Notes under the pieces: model-generated
Told to the model about the DNA's origin: nothing
The model's input: only the letters and a program-made list of their open reading frames with translations
Database searches by the model: none
Assembly (NCBI GenBank): GCA_009103225.1
Contig: RHPI01003578.1
Location: forward strand, 124,001 to 188,000
Origin: Chlorokybus atmophyticus
Lineage: Eukaryota > Plantae > Mesostigma and Chlorokybus algae
Length of the DNA stretch: 64,000 bases
Direction: 5' to 3'
Shown here: positions 1-13,044 of the stretch, one piece after another
Layout: each line of letters starts with the position of its first letter
Numbering within the stretch: position 1 is the first letter of the stretch
Position numbers and translations under genes: made by a program

Positions 1-2728
1 CGCTCGATTATGATTATGCATCACACAATGATTGTTGTCAACTGTGCAAAACGGTGATAAATAATACATGAATAACGCCAATGAATGCTACAACGTAAAC
101 TCCACTGAGCTACTACTACTACTACTATTGCTAGTACAACTCAGCTACTACTTCCCATACTAGTACCCTTGTATTAAGCTGCCGCTCTTGCACCGCCCAC
201 CACTGAAGCTGGCAAATCCGCCGCCGATGTTCCTCGCCCGCCGCCACTCCTGTAAAGCACACAAGGCAATTTTGCAAGCGCAATCAACAGAAACATACAC
301 ACCTACATGCTGTCGCTTGCCATGTATTGCCACCGCCGCCGCCGCCGCCGCCTAGCCTGGCCCGGCCGCCTAACGGTACAAAGGGTGGTTAGGCTGCCTG
401 CGCTGTTGCGCATAACACAACGTTATAACATACCGCAACCAAGCTCACCTACTGTTGGCCATTGCCGCCACCGCCGCCGCCACCGCCACCGCCGCTGCTG
501 CAGCGCAGCTAGCCTAGGGCTGAGCCCCTGCACAACACTCACAAGTCACTTGAGTTAGAAATCAACTTGACTTAAGCCGTTGAGCGTTTAGATTGCTACA
601 GCAGACACGATAGCACACAATCGTACCATCAAAACGGGACGATTGTACCATCATCACAATGGAAGCATTGTACAATGTCAATGGTACATTTAATGCATCG
701 TATAAGTCACGACTTGCCGGAAATGCGCAGCGACAAGTAGGAATTGCTGATCACTTGCTTGACGCTAAAAGATCGCTGCCGCGCATGATATGCTACGGTT
801 AGGTGATGACCGACAGTCAGCCGGCACCACAAGTCACTATAAGGCGACCTGCTTGCCACAACAGGCAGGCCTCTGCAACAGCCAGGCTACGATCGGTCGT
901 CACCGCAATGTCACGTGCTTGCCATTTTAAGCAAGCCACCGTTGCTTGTACTATCGACCGTCGATTGACCGTGAACAACAGTTCACAATAGCCGATCGCA
1001 AACCCAACAGTCCAAAAGCGACATGTCAGGCATGGTTAGGCATGGTTAGGCACCCATCAGTCCCTCAGTCCCTGGTCAATCATCGTGTAATTTGCCTTGA
1101 AAGGACTTGCGCTCAACTAGCTGCAAAACAAGTCAACGACACTAACATACCCTACTACCATGTCTCTACAACCTCTACAACCGTTTCAACCACTGTAACT
1201 GCCATAACTGCCTTACAACTCCCAAATCAGTCACACACACAACTAGCGGTTTTCAGTTACTGATATGTGGCACATGCGAATTCTACTAGCGTAGTTCAAA
1301 TACGCCTCAATGTGCTGACCGTAACTCTGCCGTAACTCACACAATATGACTCTAAAGCCTTTACAATCGATGTATTGCGCCACTAATACGCACGCGCATG
1401 ACACAGTCCTTCTGCAAGGACACAACAAAGTATTGCAATGCGTTTTTTCTTATATCAGTTTACATGTATGATAAGCGTAATTGCGCGTTAATGTGTGCGC
1501 TGCGTTTCCTCATTAATGTACATTGCTATTTGCAATTGCTCTATGGTTTACATTCATGTACACATACAACACTAAGTGGTAATTGATTATAATGGTGATG
1601 TGATGAATTATTAATAATATCGCTTATTTACATTATCATAAGAAGTGTTACATAATGGAGATAATAATTTCGTGACGATGTATACCATGGTTATGCAGCA
1701 GAATATACCAATCTCGACTATGACATAAAACGTGTAATGTTATAATTATTTACTATTGCAATCATGTGATATATTTGCTAACAAGGTAGTGCTATACGCA
1801 AAGACTTGTCACCGACATAAATGCATACTTGCAACATTGTAAACGTAATACATGTGTGAATTTCACTATGGAGTGGAGCGCGTACTATGATTGCTCCGAT
1901 GACCATAATTATAATTTGTTCAATTGTCATGAATATAAGACAAACCACATAGGTTGCATGTGTTCTTGCTTCTCATGTGCTTAAGAAGCCATCCATTCCT
2001 TGTATTGCACAACCCGTATATTGTAGCATGAACATGCAAATCCTTCTAATGATCTATATATAAGTATGGTTACAACATTTGATGTTCAAACAAATAGCAC
2101 TATCTCAAACATCTGCAATGTGCATGAATGTAGGAGGGAAAACCTTATTATGATCGTTCACATCCATGGAAACGATGCACCAACTCACCCCGAAGCGTAA
2201 GGTTAAAAAGTATGCAATGCGGTGCATGTGAACATGCAGTCATGTGCATATTGTAGCAGACAACTGAGACGCTTGAATACTCAGAACAACATCGACACCT
2301 AGACACCTGGACAAGGCTATGTAATATAACCATCAACATCAATGAACTACAACTACAAGGTGTTTTCATATGAAGACAGTAGACCACCTCATCCAAACCG
2401 TGCTCTTGTCAACGCAATGGATCAATTTAGCTTTCGGCATAATGCTTCACGGGAAGCAATAGTGAAGCAACCCCTGCACAGGTATTTGCAAAATTTGCAA
2501 ATCCGCAACAGGAAACCGCTTGCACACAACCCTCTCGCATTTTCTATACATGATAGCTGTCGCCTCCAAGCATCTTGTAAACAGCATTAAGTAGCAGACA
2601 TAGCTGCATGCTGCCATAAAGTGTCCGACTATAGGGTATGCACATTGGGCGCTACCGGCCGACACATACGACATGGTGTTTGGTTAGTGTTGCAAACTTA
2701 TAATGTACAGGCCGACGCAGTTGACGCA

Positions 2729-4670
2729 TTAGCCAGAGCTTGCGGAATTTGCAGGCAGGTACGGTGCCAAGGAGCGGGCAAGGTTCTGAAGAGCACGTGT
2801 CTGTGCGTAAACAGTGCCAGGGCCTGTGAACTTGGTGGCGAACCCCTCAGATGACAGAAAGCTGGAGGCCAAAGACCGAGAGCTCTTGCCAATCACATAC
2901 TGCATGCTGGCTGGCCAGGCCACCAAATAACCGTTGTCAATCTGCAAAAAACTCAAAAGAGTGTGACAAGCTCTGCATTTCATATCAACTCAAGGTGTCA
3001 TGCTGTTCGCACAAGCTATGACAGTTGGGCTCGGACACTGCCCACTGTCACCTACTGAGCATGCTTGCATGCATGTGTGCATCTGGGAGCTATCACTTGC
3101 ATGCTCACCTTGCGCGTCTCTCCAGGTGCCAGATCATATCGGACTATCGCGCCGTAACTTGCCACCACCAGGCGCCCGAGACCTTTTGCAGACATGATGA
3201 AGAACCCAGCGCCGGAGAACAGTCCTTTTGACAGGCTTTGCACACGTGTGTCAATGGTGATACCTGGGAAAACACAAGTCTCACTCTCAGCTGCCACCAA
3301 GCACATGTCGTATGCATGCAGCCAGCGCACTCACCCGCATCGCATGCAAGGAATGCACCCTTCTGCAAAAGCCACTCTTCACCCTACAAAATGCCACACA
3401 GGTAAGCACTATGCGTGTGCGCGCCTGTGCGCATTTGGGCGCGTATGATTATGTGTGCGAGCATGCATCTGTACGCGCGTGTGCGCCTGCGTACATGCAT
3501 GCATGTGTAAGCACGTGCGTATGTGCATGCTTGCCCAAGAGGAATCGAAGTGTACGCTGCATACAATGCACAATGCAGGACCCGCATTCCCTACCGCAAG
3601 GTGCAGGAGCATAGTGTTGCCGGGTGCAGCAGGCGCCAGCAATAGGTCACCACGTGAACTTGGTGGCGCTGTCGGGTGAAGCCGAAAGTACATAAAGAAC
3701 ATTGAACCACCGGCGCAGCACGATCTGCGCACAGAGTCAGACAATACCTTGGCAACAGCAAACGATGCTGCTGGCTTACCTCAAGCAAGCGGCACCGAAC
3801 CCGCCCTCCACCTTGGCAGCAAAGTCCACATGCTCGCTCATGCTTATCATTGCACCCGCCTCTGTCTTGACGGAGCACTCACCATCTGCATGGGTCACCT
3901 AGGAATGCACCCTTCGTTTTGTGCATGTCTGTGCATGCACAGACATGCACGTGCACTTGTGCTTATGCACCCAATTGCTGCAATGACTGCGCAACAAAAC
4001 GAAGAGCAAAGCTCATGCATGCAGTAGCTGCCCGAACATTATATGTGCCAAGCTGCTCACATACCTGGACTTCAACAGCAGCGAATTCGCCGTCAAACTT
4101 TACAGTATACTTGCCAGTGGGGTCGAAAGTATCTGCCCGCATGGCTCCTGTAATGATATTGCTCTAGTAAACTTAAACTCGTCGAGCAACACCATGGCCT
4201 TGGTGACCATGACCAGCGCTTCAAGCTGTTTGTCTTCTCTCAAAACACAAGTCATTTGATAACAACAGTAGCAACAAGTACAGAACTTAGCACCTGGTCC
4301 CACCTGAGCTTGTGGGCACACTCATCCCATTAGGCGTTGCAATGACCGGCTGGCCAGGAAGCACATTCTCATTCTGCAACGCACCAAGAATCCACAACGT
4401 CATTTCCCACAGCAAACCAACATCAACAGCGTCCCCNNNNNNNNNNNNNNNNNNNNNNNNNNNNNNNNNNNNNNNNNNNNNNNNNNNNNNNNNNNNNNNN
4501 NNNNNNNNNNNNNNNNNNNNNNNNNNNNNNNNNNNNNNNNNNNNNNNNNNNNNNNNNNNNNNNNNNNNNNNNNNNCCCCCCCCCGCACACACTCCACATC
4601 ACACACACACCAAAGCATGGGCGCAGTCGACACTCACCGCCTTCAACGGTTGGTACAATGCTGCCGACAT
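2729..4670 (-). CDS. AIM24: AIM24 / TIGR00266-family protein, multi-exon
   Basis: Exons joined at GT-AG sites give MSAALYQPLKA|NENVLPGQPVIATPNGMSVPTSSG|AMRADTFDPTGKYTVKFDGEFAAVEVQ ... VKTEAGAMISMSEHVDFAAKVEGGFGAACLR ... AGGSMFFMYF ... DLLLAPAAPGNTMLLHL ... GAFLACD ... IDTRVQSLSKGLFSGAGFFIMSAKGLGRLVVASYGAI ... IDNGYLVAW ... SSEGFATKFTGPGTVYAQTR, the typical three-repeat AIM24 pattern. The start exon is less certain because intron 1 spans the N gap. Confidence 0.88.
4437..4576. other. Assembly gap (run of N) inside AIM24 intron 1
   Basis: 140 Ns flanked by C-runs and CA-rich sequence. Confidence 0.98.
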
Positions 4671-6616
4671 CGTCCCCTCCTTCTCTCCTCTCCACCTCTT
4701 ACGTTAACCAGCAGCAGGGCGGACACGCAAGCAGCATCCAGCCTCAAGCACTTAGGCCGCCGCCGCCGCCGCCGCTACCGCTGCCGCTGCCGCTGCCGCC
4801 GGCGCAAGTCGTACAGCAGCTGACGAAGCTGCACGACTTCCTGGGGCTTCGTCTGCTGTTTGGTCGGGAGTGCAAGGGCATGCCGCGTGGCGGCGGCGGC
4901 GAGTGGTCACATGCTGGGTAGGAGCTGGTCAGGTGTACAGTCAGATGGCATGTATGGGATGCCTTAATGGTTGTTTGTGAGCTTGCAATGTTGCCCCTGC
5001 ACCCTGTGGGTGTCTTGCTGCCACGCAGGACACCTCAGTGGGTCTGTTATGCAGGTGATTTGCCATCATTACTGCATGAAGCAAATAACGCGATGGACGA
5101 CGGTGAGGCAATGCTTAACAGAAGCAATGAAGGCTTTACATGGCAGCTTGACTGAACGCGGATTGAACGGCCTCAAAGTTGGTTGTTTTGTGTCATAGGT
5201 GCACATTGCTGTGTAATGCCAAGTGTCTGCAAGTGCGGGTGTATGCTACAGTCTGCAGCGCATGTAATCAAAGGTTTTACGCATGGCTTACTTGTGTGGC
5301 GGCTAAAGTCGCCAGTCAAATGAAGACGCGTTCAGGTAAGAATAAAAGCTTAAAATCAGGCAAAAACTTGGTGAACAATTTGCGTGTCACAACTGTTGCA
5401 ACAACGGCTTCGCAAGCCGTTGTAGCAAGTCCTCAAGCGGTTTAATCTCTGCGCTAACCATCTGATGCTCCGTGCACAGCTGTAACACACATGCATATGG
5501 TATAAGATTGAAATTGATGAAGTGTATAGGCCAGCAAGCGTGGGCGCATGCATGCGCGCGCATGTGTGCACAGTTTCAAGACCGACCAGCACAAAATGTA
5601 AACACACTCGTGTGCATATGTGATGATGGGTTATGATGCTTGCATATCGGCGAAATACGTGCGTGTGTGTGCATGTGCAATCAAGCGCGCACGTGAAGTG
5701 CTAGCGCTCTCAACATGACGCTTTGTGTGCAGATGCATGACATGTGTATGAGCATATGTGCGTATGAGCTTCAGCGCATGAATTGCGTAACTTTGTTGCT
5801 TTAATGTACCGCCTCACCTCATGCGATAGCACACATGCTTAAAGGACGTCGTTGAAGCGTGTGGGCATTGTGCGCTGGGCTTAAGCCCTTAGCTATTAAG
5901 AGTTGATCAAGCAATTTTACAGTACAATAAAAATCTGCCGTTGATATACTTGCGCGTCACAATTTAAAGCTGCTGGAAAAGATTACATAGTAATACCAGT
6001 TCTTACCAGGTGGGAAGCTTTTTATGGCTCAGCAATCATTTATAAGTCACGTAAGCGCAATAATTACCCGGCACATAACTTGTGTTGCAAGGTAAAATAA
6101 GTACAAAATAGTCTTCCACAAAACCTTATGTGAAACATGCGTATTATCATGCAAATATCGCTAGTGTCGGATTTGTTGATGAGTGCAACATTGATAGCGG
6201 AAACTCGTAGTGCCGTGACTTCAAGTAATATACAAGACTCTCTTGCTTAAGTGCAACAATTCTTAAATCTTTACAGATTATGAGAAACAACGGGGGTAAC
6301 AGATTATGCGTTCGAGGGTGCATAAAAACTTCGATCACATCGAAACACATTTGTCATCATTTAATCTGCATCACGACCTTTCACCTTCGGTGCTATTTGC
6401 TTTATTGTTACCATTGTTCAATACCGTATACCTGTACTCATGTTAGGCATTACGGCTTGATAATGATACAGCGTATTTGCAAGCTTGCTGAGCTTAACAT
6501 TCGCTGGTATGCCGATAAGCCGGCATGCGTATAAGCAGCCCAAGCTTTCGCCAACGACCTGCAGGCCGCCCAGGACAAGGCTGACGGCAGCGGCCTTGTC
6601 CTGGGGAGAGCATGGC

Positions 6617-9018
6617 ATGGCGCCTTGTTCCCCACCTATGACAAGTATGCACCTTCCCAGGCGTGCCCTGGTCGTCCTGCTGCTGGTGCTGCTGCTTGTC
6701 CGCAACGATGGCGTCGCCGCCTTCCCCACAGGCGCCGGCAGCTGCCGATGGGGAGGCGTCATGCACGACGAGTACAGCGCCACTCCTGGGGACGGGGGCT
6801 ACTCCATCACGGTGGCAGGGGGCCGCCTGATTGCCGGCCGCGCCGCCGACGTCGTCGTGGAGGGTGCCGCCGCCTTCAAGGGCCTCCTGCTCTTCGCCGA
6901 GCAGGGCGGCAAGCCCTTGGGCAGCTGGGAGGGCCTGACGTTAAGCGGTGCGGACCACGACGACGACTTCCAGCTCAAGGACGACTGTCCCTGGGTTGCC
7001 ACCCATACCCACAAGCGCTCCAGGGTCAACCCCCGCAGCCGGGACGCCCTGCGCTGGGCTCCGCCGGGCGACCTCGTCGCCGGCGAGGAGGTCGTCTTCA
7101 AGGCCACAGTGCTCGTCTCCTACTCTCGCTTCCACAACATCCGTCTGGCCGTGCCCCTGGACGGCGGTGTGGCCAAGGAGGACCAACAGCAGCCCAAGCT
7201 GACCGACAAGCAGCCGAAAGCTGCTTTGGCAGAGGGAAAGCCTACTGTTGTGAAGGCTGCTTCAGCACCCTCATGTGGGAAGTCCGTTTTGGGCTATGCT
7301 TGCGCAGTTGCTGTAGATGGCGATGGGGGCGGCATTGCTTTCCACTGGTCCATTGATCAGGCTAGCCGCCAGGTGAGAGCACTTATACTGACATAATGCG
7401 ATATTTACTTCAACATACCGATACGCGTGCAGAGGTACACAGTTCAATGTAGAACAACTTTCCAGGCTATGGCGTAGGGTTCAGTCACAGCGTGTGTGTG
7501 CACATCCTCTTGTGCATGCACAGCTTGCCAGCTGTAAATGGCGATTATTTGAGCACAGTCTGCTTGATTAGTGCACTGGAGAGACATGTTGTCCACATAA
7601 CGCCTGCATACAGTATCTGACATGAAGCCTCATTGATGACGTGGTACGGTTTTGCAGTCCTCACCTCAGTGTTCCTGCATATCATCACGTCAGCATGCCT
7701 GCATATAATACGTCAGGGAATCAACATATACAAGCTTGTAGCAACATACACACCAACATGCACCCGGGCACAAATACAACACCAGTTTTTCAAGTACACT
7801 TTCAAGTATAGATCTTCAAGTACAGCAGCACTATGTGTCGCTTACTGTGTGCCAGGGCCCTAACTATGGAGTTATGGTACGCGCCAGGTTTTGTAAAGCT
7901 GCCGCGCATTGATCAAGTGTCTTGCATGGCAGTTGTCAGCAGCAGTCCAGGCGAAGACAAGTGGGTGGCTCGGGTTGTCCGTGGTGCGGGAGCCGCACGG
8001 GATGGTGCCGGCAGACGCCATCATCGGGTGGGCTACAACGGAAGGCGTCGCGCACATCAAGCCTTACCGGATTGAGGGTTTCAAGCGTACAGACGTCATC
8101 GAGGACACTTCTCAGAAATTGACGGAGGCAGGGGTGTCCGAGGAGGCCGTGCGGGGTGCGGGCACGATTACAACAATACAGTTCCGCCGTCCGCTGGCTT
8201 ACGGGGGCTCGCAGGGACCCATTCACGTGACCAAAGACACACACTTCAACTGGGCTGTGGGCTCAGCGGACGCGCTTGAGATACACGAGCGACGGGGTTC
8301 ATTCAGCATCAATCTTGGAGCTGCAATGAGCTCAGATGATCTTGCGTTGGTCAAGGAGGCAGAGCAGGAGGTGGGGCAGGGAGGGAAGACTCGTCTCAAT
8401 GTGCGCGCCATCAAGACGAGGAACCGCATCCTGCACGCGTGGGGCATGGGCATCGCGTGGCTGCTGCTCATGCCGGTGGGGACCCTCGCTGCCCGGCACC
8501 TGAAGGGCCGCGGAGGCGCCTTGTGGTTTGAGGCACACCGCGCTGTGCAAGTGGCCGGCGTGGTGTTGGCTTTGCTCGCGCTGCAGCGAGTGTGGTCGCT
8601 CAACAGCTCCTTGAATGCACCTTTGCGCCATGGCACTGTAAGTACTCGCCCCTGAAATGTTCTGCAAAGACTGACTGTTGTTCAAGAAACTCACTTTATG
8701 TTGTGGCAGATTGGCATCATAGCCATGCTGCTGCTGTCCTTCCAGCCAATGAACGCATGGCTAAGGCCCGATAAGTCTGCTGCGCGCCGACCTGCTTGGC
8801 GGCGATTGCATCATTTCACGGGCCGGGCGGCTCTTGTCCTTGGTGTCGTGAACGTGTACATTGGGTTGTGCGTCATTGACATCAAAGAGAAGGTGCGCAT
8901 CTACCCGTACGTGGTTTTGTTTGCTGCCACTGTCACTGCACTCGGCATCGCTGCCATAGCGCTGGAGTTGCGGCGAATCAGCTCGCACAAAAGGAAGTTG
9001 CCCTTGCGAACAGTATAA
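6617..9018 (+). CDS. Signal peptide + Reeler + DOMON + cytochrome b561 (FRRS1/SDR2-like ferric-chelate reductase), 3 exons (6617-7372, 7931-8637, 8711-9018)
   Basis: Signal peptide followed by Reeler motifs (FPTGAGSC, FKGLLLFA, ATHTHK, LRWAPP, VFKATVLVSY). DOMON motifs: IAFHW, SGWLGL, GMVPADAIIGW, EIHERRG. Four b561 His motifs: LHAWGM, WFEAHR, HGTIG, WRRLHHFTGR. Confidence 0.92.
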
Positions 9019-9729
9019 ATAACCAGTAGCTTTATTAAAGCTGTATAATTAGCTGTGCTTACATTGAGCACAGTTGCAGTATCATACACAGCAGCAGAGG
9101 GTTCACTGCAGGTGACCTCTTTGTGCTGTTATCTTGTGAAAGAAGCTGCTCACAAGCCTGTATTCCATCAGCGGCCCTTGCATCATTGTCAAATATGGCG
9201 TGGTGCCAGCTTTGCTTCTGTCTTGTCACGCATCAGTCAGTTGTGCACACTGACTGATGCGTGAGAAAGCAGAACCAAAGCTTTGTCACAGGTTGGTTTG
9301 CTGCCTCGTTGTATGAGCAGTGCATACTACTCTCATCAAATCAGCAAGGCTCTGCACAAGTCCCACAGATGTCCAGTGGGCTGGGAGTTGCACCAGATGT
9401 TTGAACCTGGAGTATGAATGCCAATACTTCTGCATTGCTACCCACCATGCTTACAACTCGCGAGGCAGGACATGGTGCTAGCAATGGAACAGAGTAGTGA
9501 AGTACTTGTGTAGCCTGGTGGTTACATGAAATCATAGTGAGGTTTGGCGTAGGATGCCATGCTGCTGATTGCATGTTTAGGGTTAGGCATCTGCACTTGC
9601 CGGTTCCGGTTTTGACTACAAAAGCAACAGGAAGCTGTACCAAACGTGCAGCGACGTGCACAAATTTGCAATGCAGGCAGTAGCAAAATACATATCTGTA
9701 CAGCAACCTTGGGAAGCAAGCACGGTCTA

Positions 9730-11350
9730 CTACCACACAATAGTCGTTTCTTTCTTGCCATCTGACAATTCGCGCACTAGATCAATGGCCTCGTTCAGCG
9801 CCACTTCTCCAAACCGCGTGATGTAGTTGTTGTTGAGGGTGATTTGCGTGACGGCCGCAGCCCCACCCGCAGCTTTCAACGCCTCAGCAAGCGCAAACGC
9901 GCCCTTGTCCCTAATCTCATTGTACCCGAGGTCCAGCGAGGACAACGACTCGTTCACAACCCGCAGCGAGGCGGCCAGCGCACCCGCACCTTCATCGCCA
10001 AGACCGTTGCCCCGCAGATCAAGCGTGGTGAGCGTGGCGTTGTATCTGAGAGCATCAGCGAGTGCCCGCGCGCCCTCGGGACCCAGCTGGCACCAACCCA
10101 ACCTCAGCATCTCCAGCCGGCAGCCGGGAGCCTTGAGCACGTTGGCGAGAGCCTTTGAACCTGCGGGGCCAATGGGGTTGTAACCCAACTCGAGTGTAGT
10201 GAGAGCTCGGCTTTCCGATAGCGCCGCCGCCAACGCCTCCGTGCCGGCCACGCGTATATTGTTGCCCCCGAGGTCGAGCGTGCTCAACCTCCGGCTAGAC
10301 TTCAGTGCCTCGGCGATGGACTTGGCTCCCGCATCGCCGAGATCGTTCATGTAGAGGTTGAGCCAGTTGAGCGTGCGGTGCTTGGCCACGACCTCCGCCA
10401 CAGCGGCAGCACCGGCGGGCCCCATGCTGTTGTTGCCAAGGTCGAGCCACGTCATCTTGCCCTTGTGCTCGCGCAACCCCTCGCTGATGGCCTTCGCGCC
10501 CTCATCACCGGCGCTGTTGCCATGCAAATGGAGCTCTGCCAAACCCTGGTTGAGCTTCAATGCTGCGCCCAAAGCCGCCGCGCCCATTGTGCCCGCGTAG
10601 TTGTTGGACAGCGCGAGCGTCCTGAGAGTCGTGTTCTCCGTCAACGCATCAGCTAAAGCAGCCGTGCCCTCGTAATCAACAGTGTTTCCGTTGAGATCCA
10701 ACGACGTGAGCGTCGTGTTTCGTCTCAGCGCGGCGGCCAATGCCCTCGCGCCTTCATCACCAACATTGTTTGTGGATATGTCGAGCTGCTGTAGGCTAGG
10801 ATGGCGCTCGACAACCTTGGCCAAGGCCTTTGCGCCCTCGTCGCCAATGCTGTTGCCAGCGAGGCTCAAAGACACGAGCGCGTTGTTGTTCGCGAGCGCC
10901 TCGCAGAGCGCGATGGCCCCCTCCGGGCCAATGGCATTGGCGCCAAGGTCAAGGTTTGTTGTGCGGTCGTTGAAGGCCAGCGCCTCTGCGATGTGTATGC
11001 ACCCGTCCGTGCCCAAACCACGTGCGCGCAACTCTGCCGATGCTGCATTGCGCACCTGCACGAGCGGGACATGAACATTGATGATCCATCATGCAAAGCC
11101 ATGTGCCATCTGCAAGTTATGTGACGACAAAGCATATATGCCAACTTGCGCAGCTTGCTAGTTTAGGAAAACATCATCATAAGGAAGGTTTCAGTTGAAG
11201 TGCGTTCCTAAGGCAACGATGTGTCAAATGTTATGCTCGAATACTTGATATGATGCCACCCAACTCCTGTATTTTCATGCATAGCAGTAATGGTCCCCGT
11301 TGACATGTTACATACCGCGATGGCTATGCAAGCAACAGCCACGCCACTCA

Positions 11351-11408
<58 letters not shown>

Positions 11409-12330
11409 GTATATGTGTATATAGGCCCTATACAAAAAGTCATTCATGAGACACGCTGCATACGCGTCATAGAAGCATGCGTGCAAGGTTAGACGATTCT
11501 GAATGGTAACACCCAGGCCATGCATACATGTACGGTTGGGTTGAGAACGTCACCCGTAACTAAACGCACAATCAACATCAGTGTAACCTTTCAAACTCAA
11601 CCTAATTGACCGCCTGAGGCAACTCCCACAGATTGCGGCAATGTGTACTGGTCACACCACCACTCGGTGCTGCTGTAACTGAAGCAACCTTCATAATATG
11701 CCATGCATGGGCAGCTACGGAAACAAACATGCAGATGCTTGGCAATGCGCTATCTTCTCATGAACTCAGCTGTGCTTCGTGCTATGCAGCGCATGTTTGT
11801 TTTCTGGACGTCTTGCTGAGTACTGGAGTGATTCTCGCCCCAAAGCTGACCTCGTTCATGAGCTGGTTGAGGCGTGCAATGCTTTCGCTGCGCCATGCCC
11901 GCTCCTTCATGGCCTGACCGGCCTTCTCAGCGAACCCTGAGGCGGCACCCGCCCCACGCCGCAACCCAAAGAACGCCGCCGCCACCAGGGCCACGGCGCC
12001 GGCGGCGGCCAGCAGCGGCGCGATGCTGGCGCCGCCGCCCTGGATGTCGTCCAGGTCCTCTCGCCTGGGCGGCGGCGGCGTGCTGGCCGACTTCCTCACC
12101 GCGGTATATCTCCTGGTGCCCCCGCTGGTGCTGCGGACGCCGCCCGCCCCATCCCCACCACCCGCCGCCGCTGCCCTGGTGGTCGACACCCACCCCCCAC
12201 ACCTCCGCGGTCTCCTCCTCCCTTCTCTCTGCCCTCTCTGCCCATGACCCAGCGGACACACCAACGGCGTCGGCACCGCGCGCAGCGTTGCCGCCCCCAA
12301 CCCCGCTGATGACGACGACGCCGCCATCAT
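9730..12330 (-). CDS. EMB2004: RNI-like LRR protein with transit peptide and one TM helix (EMB2004/At1g10510-like), 2 exons (12330-11851, 11055-9730), about 601 aa
   Basis: About 14 RNI-type 28-aa LRRs (LxLxxNxIGxEGAxALAxAL). C-terminus NYITRFGEVALNEAIDLVRELS resembles the plant protein as recalled. Exon 1 has an Ala/Ser/Arg-rich presequence and a hydrophobic helix. The junction is in phase 0. Confidence 0.8.
11351..11408. repeat. Compound (AT)n(AC)n(AT)n microsatellite in intron
   Basis: Seen directly. Confidence 0.95.
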
Positions 12331-12599
12331 GCCGCCCGCCGCCGCCGCCGCTTCGCTAAACAGACACCCTCAAACCCTCTTCGACATCAGCAGGCAACCG
12401 CTGCCATCGACAAAAATGCAGCCACGGCGCCAGCCGGCAGGCGCACAGCGCCGTCCGCCACGTCCCTTAACGCCCACGGTGGTGGCGGCGACACTGACGG
12501 CGACGTGCATGGCACTGCAGAGATCTCTTTGTACCAGCTCGACGGAACCGATTGTTCCAAGCCGAGTTGATCGCCCCGGTTCTGCTGATCTTGTTGTGA

Positions 12600-12730
12600 G
12601 CAGGGTGTTCTGAACGAGATCTACAAGATCTGTACGGACACGTGACGCGCGCGTAGTACGAAAAGTGTCACTTGCACCAATCAGACTGAGCCGGTTAGCT
12701 GATGCGGTCAGGCTGATTGAGATCTAGACT
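12600..12730. promoter_or_regulatory. Candidate bidirectional promoter core between the LRR gene (-) and ATG9 (+)
   Basis: Head-to-head starts about 620 bp apart. CACGTGACG (G-box plus TGACG) near 12638, CCAATCAG near 12677 and an inverted CTGATTG near 12713. Confidence 0.4.
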
Positions 12731-12952
12731 GAGGTCTGCAGTGATATACAGGCACAAGGGTGCAGCAAGCGCCGATATCGGTAGGTTTGAGGCCCAGCGC
12801 ATGCTGAAACTCGGGAAAAGCTGTGCTGAATGTGGTTAGTGGCGGCGCCGGCGGCGATGAGGCGGGCGGCGAGGACGTCGTTATGGCGGGCGACGAGAGC
12901 GACATGTGACTGTGTGCCAAGCTGACAAGCAAGGTGAGGTGCCGTCGCCTCC

Positions 12953-13013
12953 ATGGCTGGGAACATCCAGCTGGAGGACCTGGGCAGCAGGGGCGCCTAC
13001 GTCCCGCTGCCTG

Positions 13014-13044
<31 letters not shown>

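Noticed and set aside
1900-2600. AT-richer stretch with Cys/His words suggesting a SWIM or RING transposon relic
   Set aside because: Ligand spacing is incomplete and there are many stops; cannot be supported.
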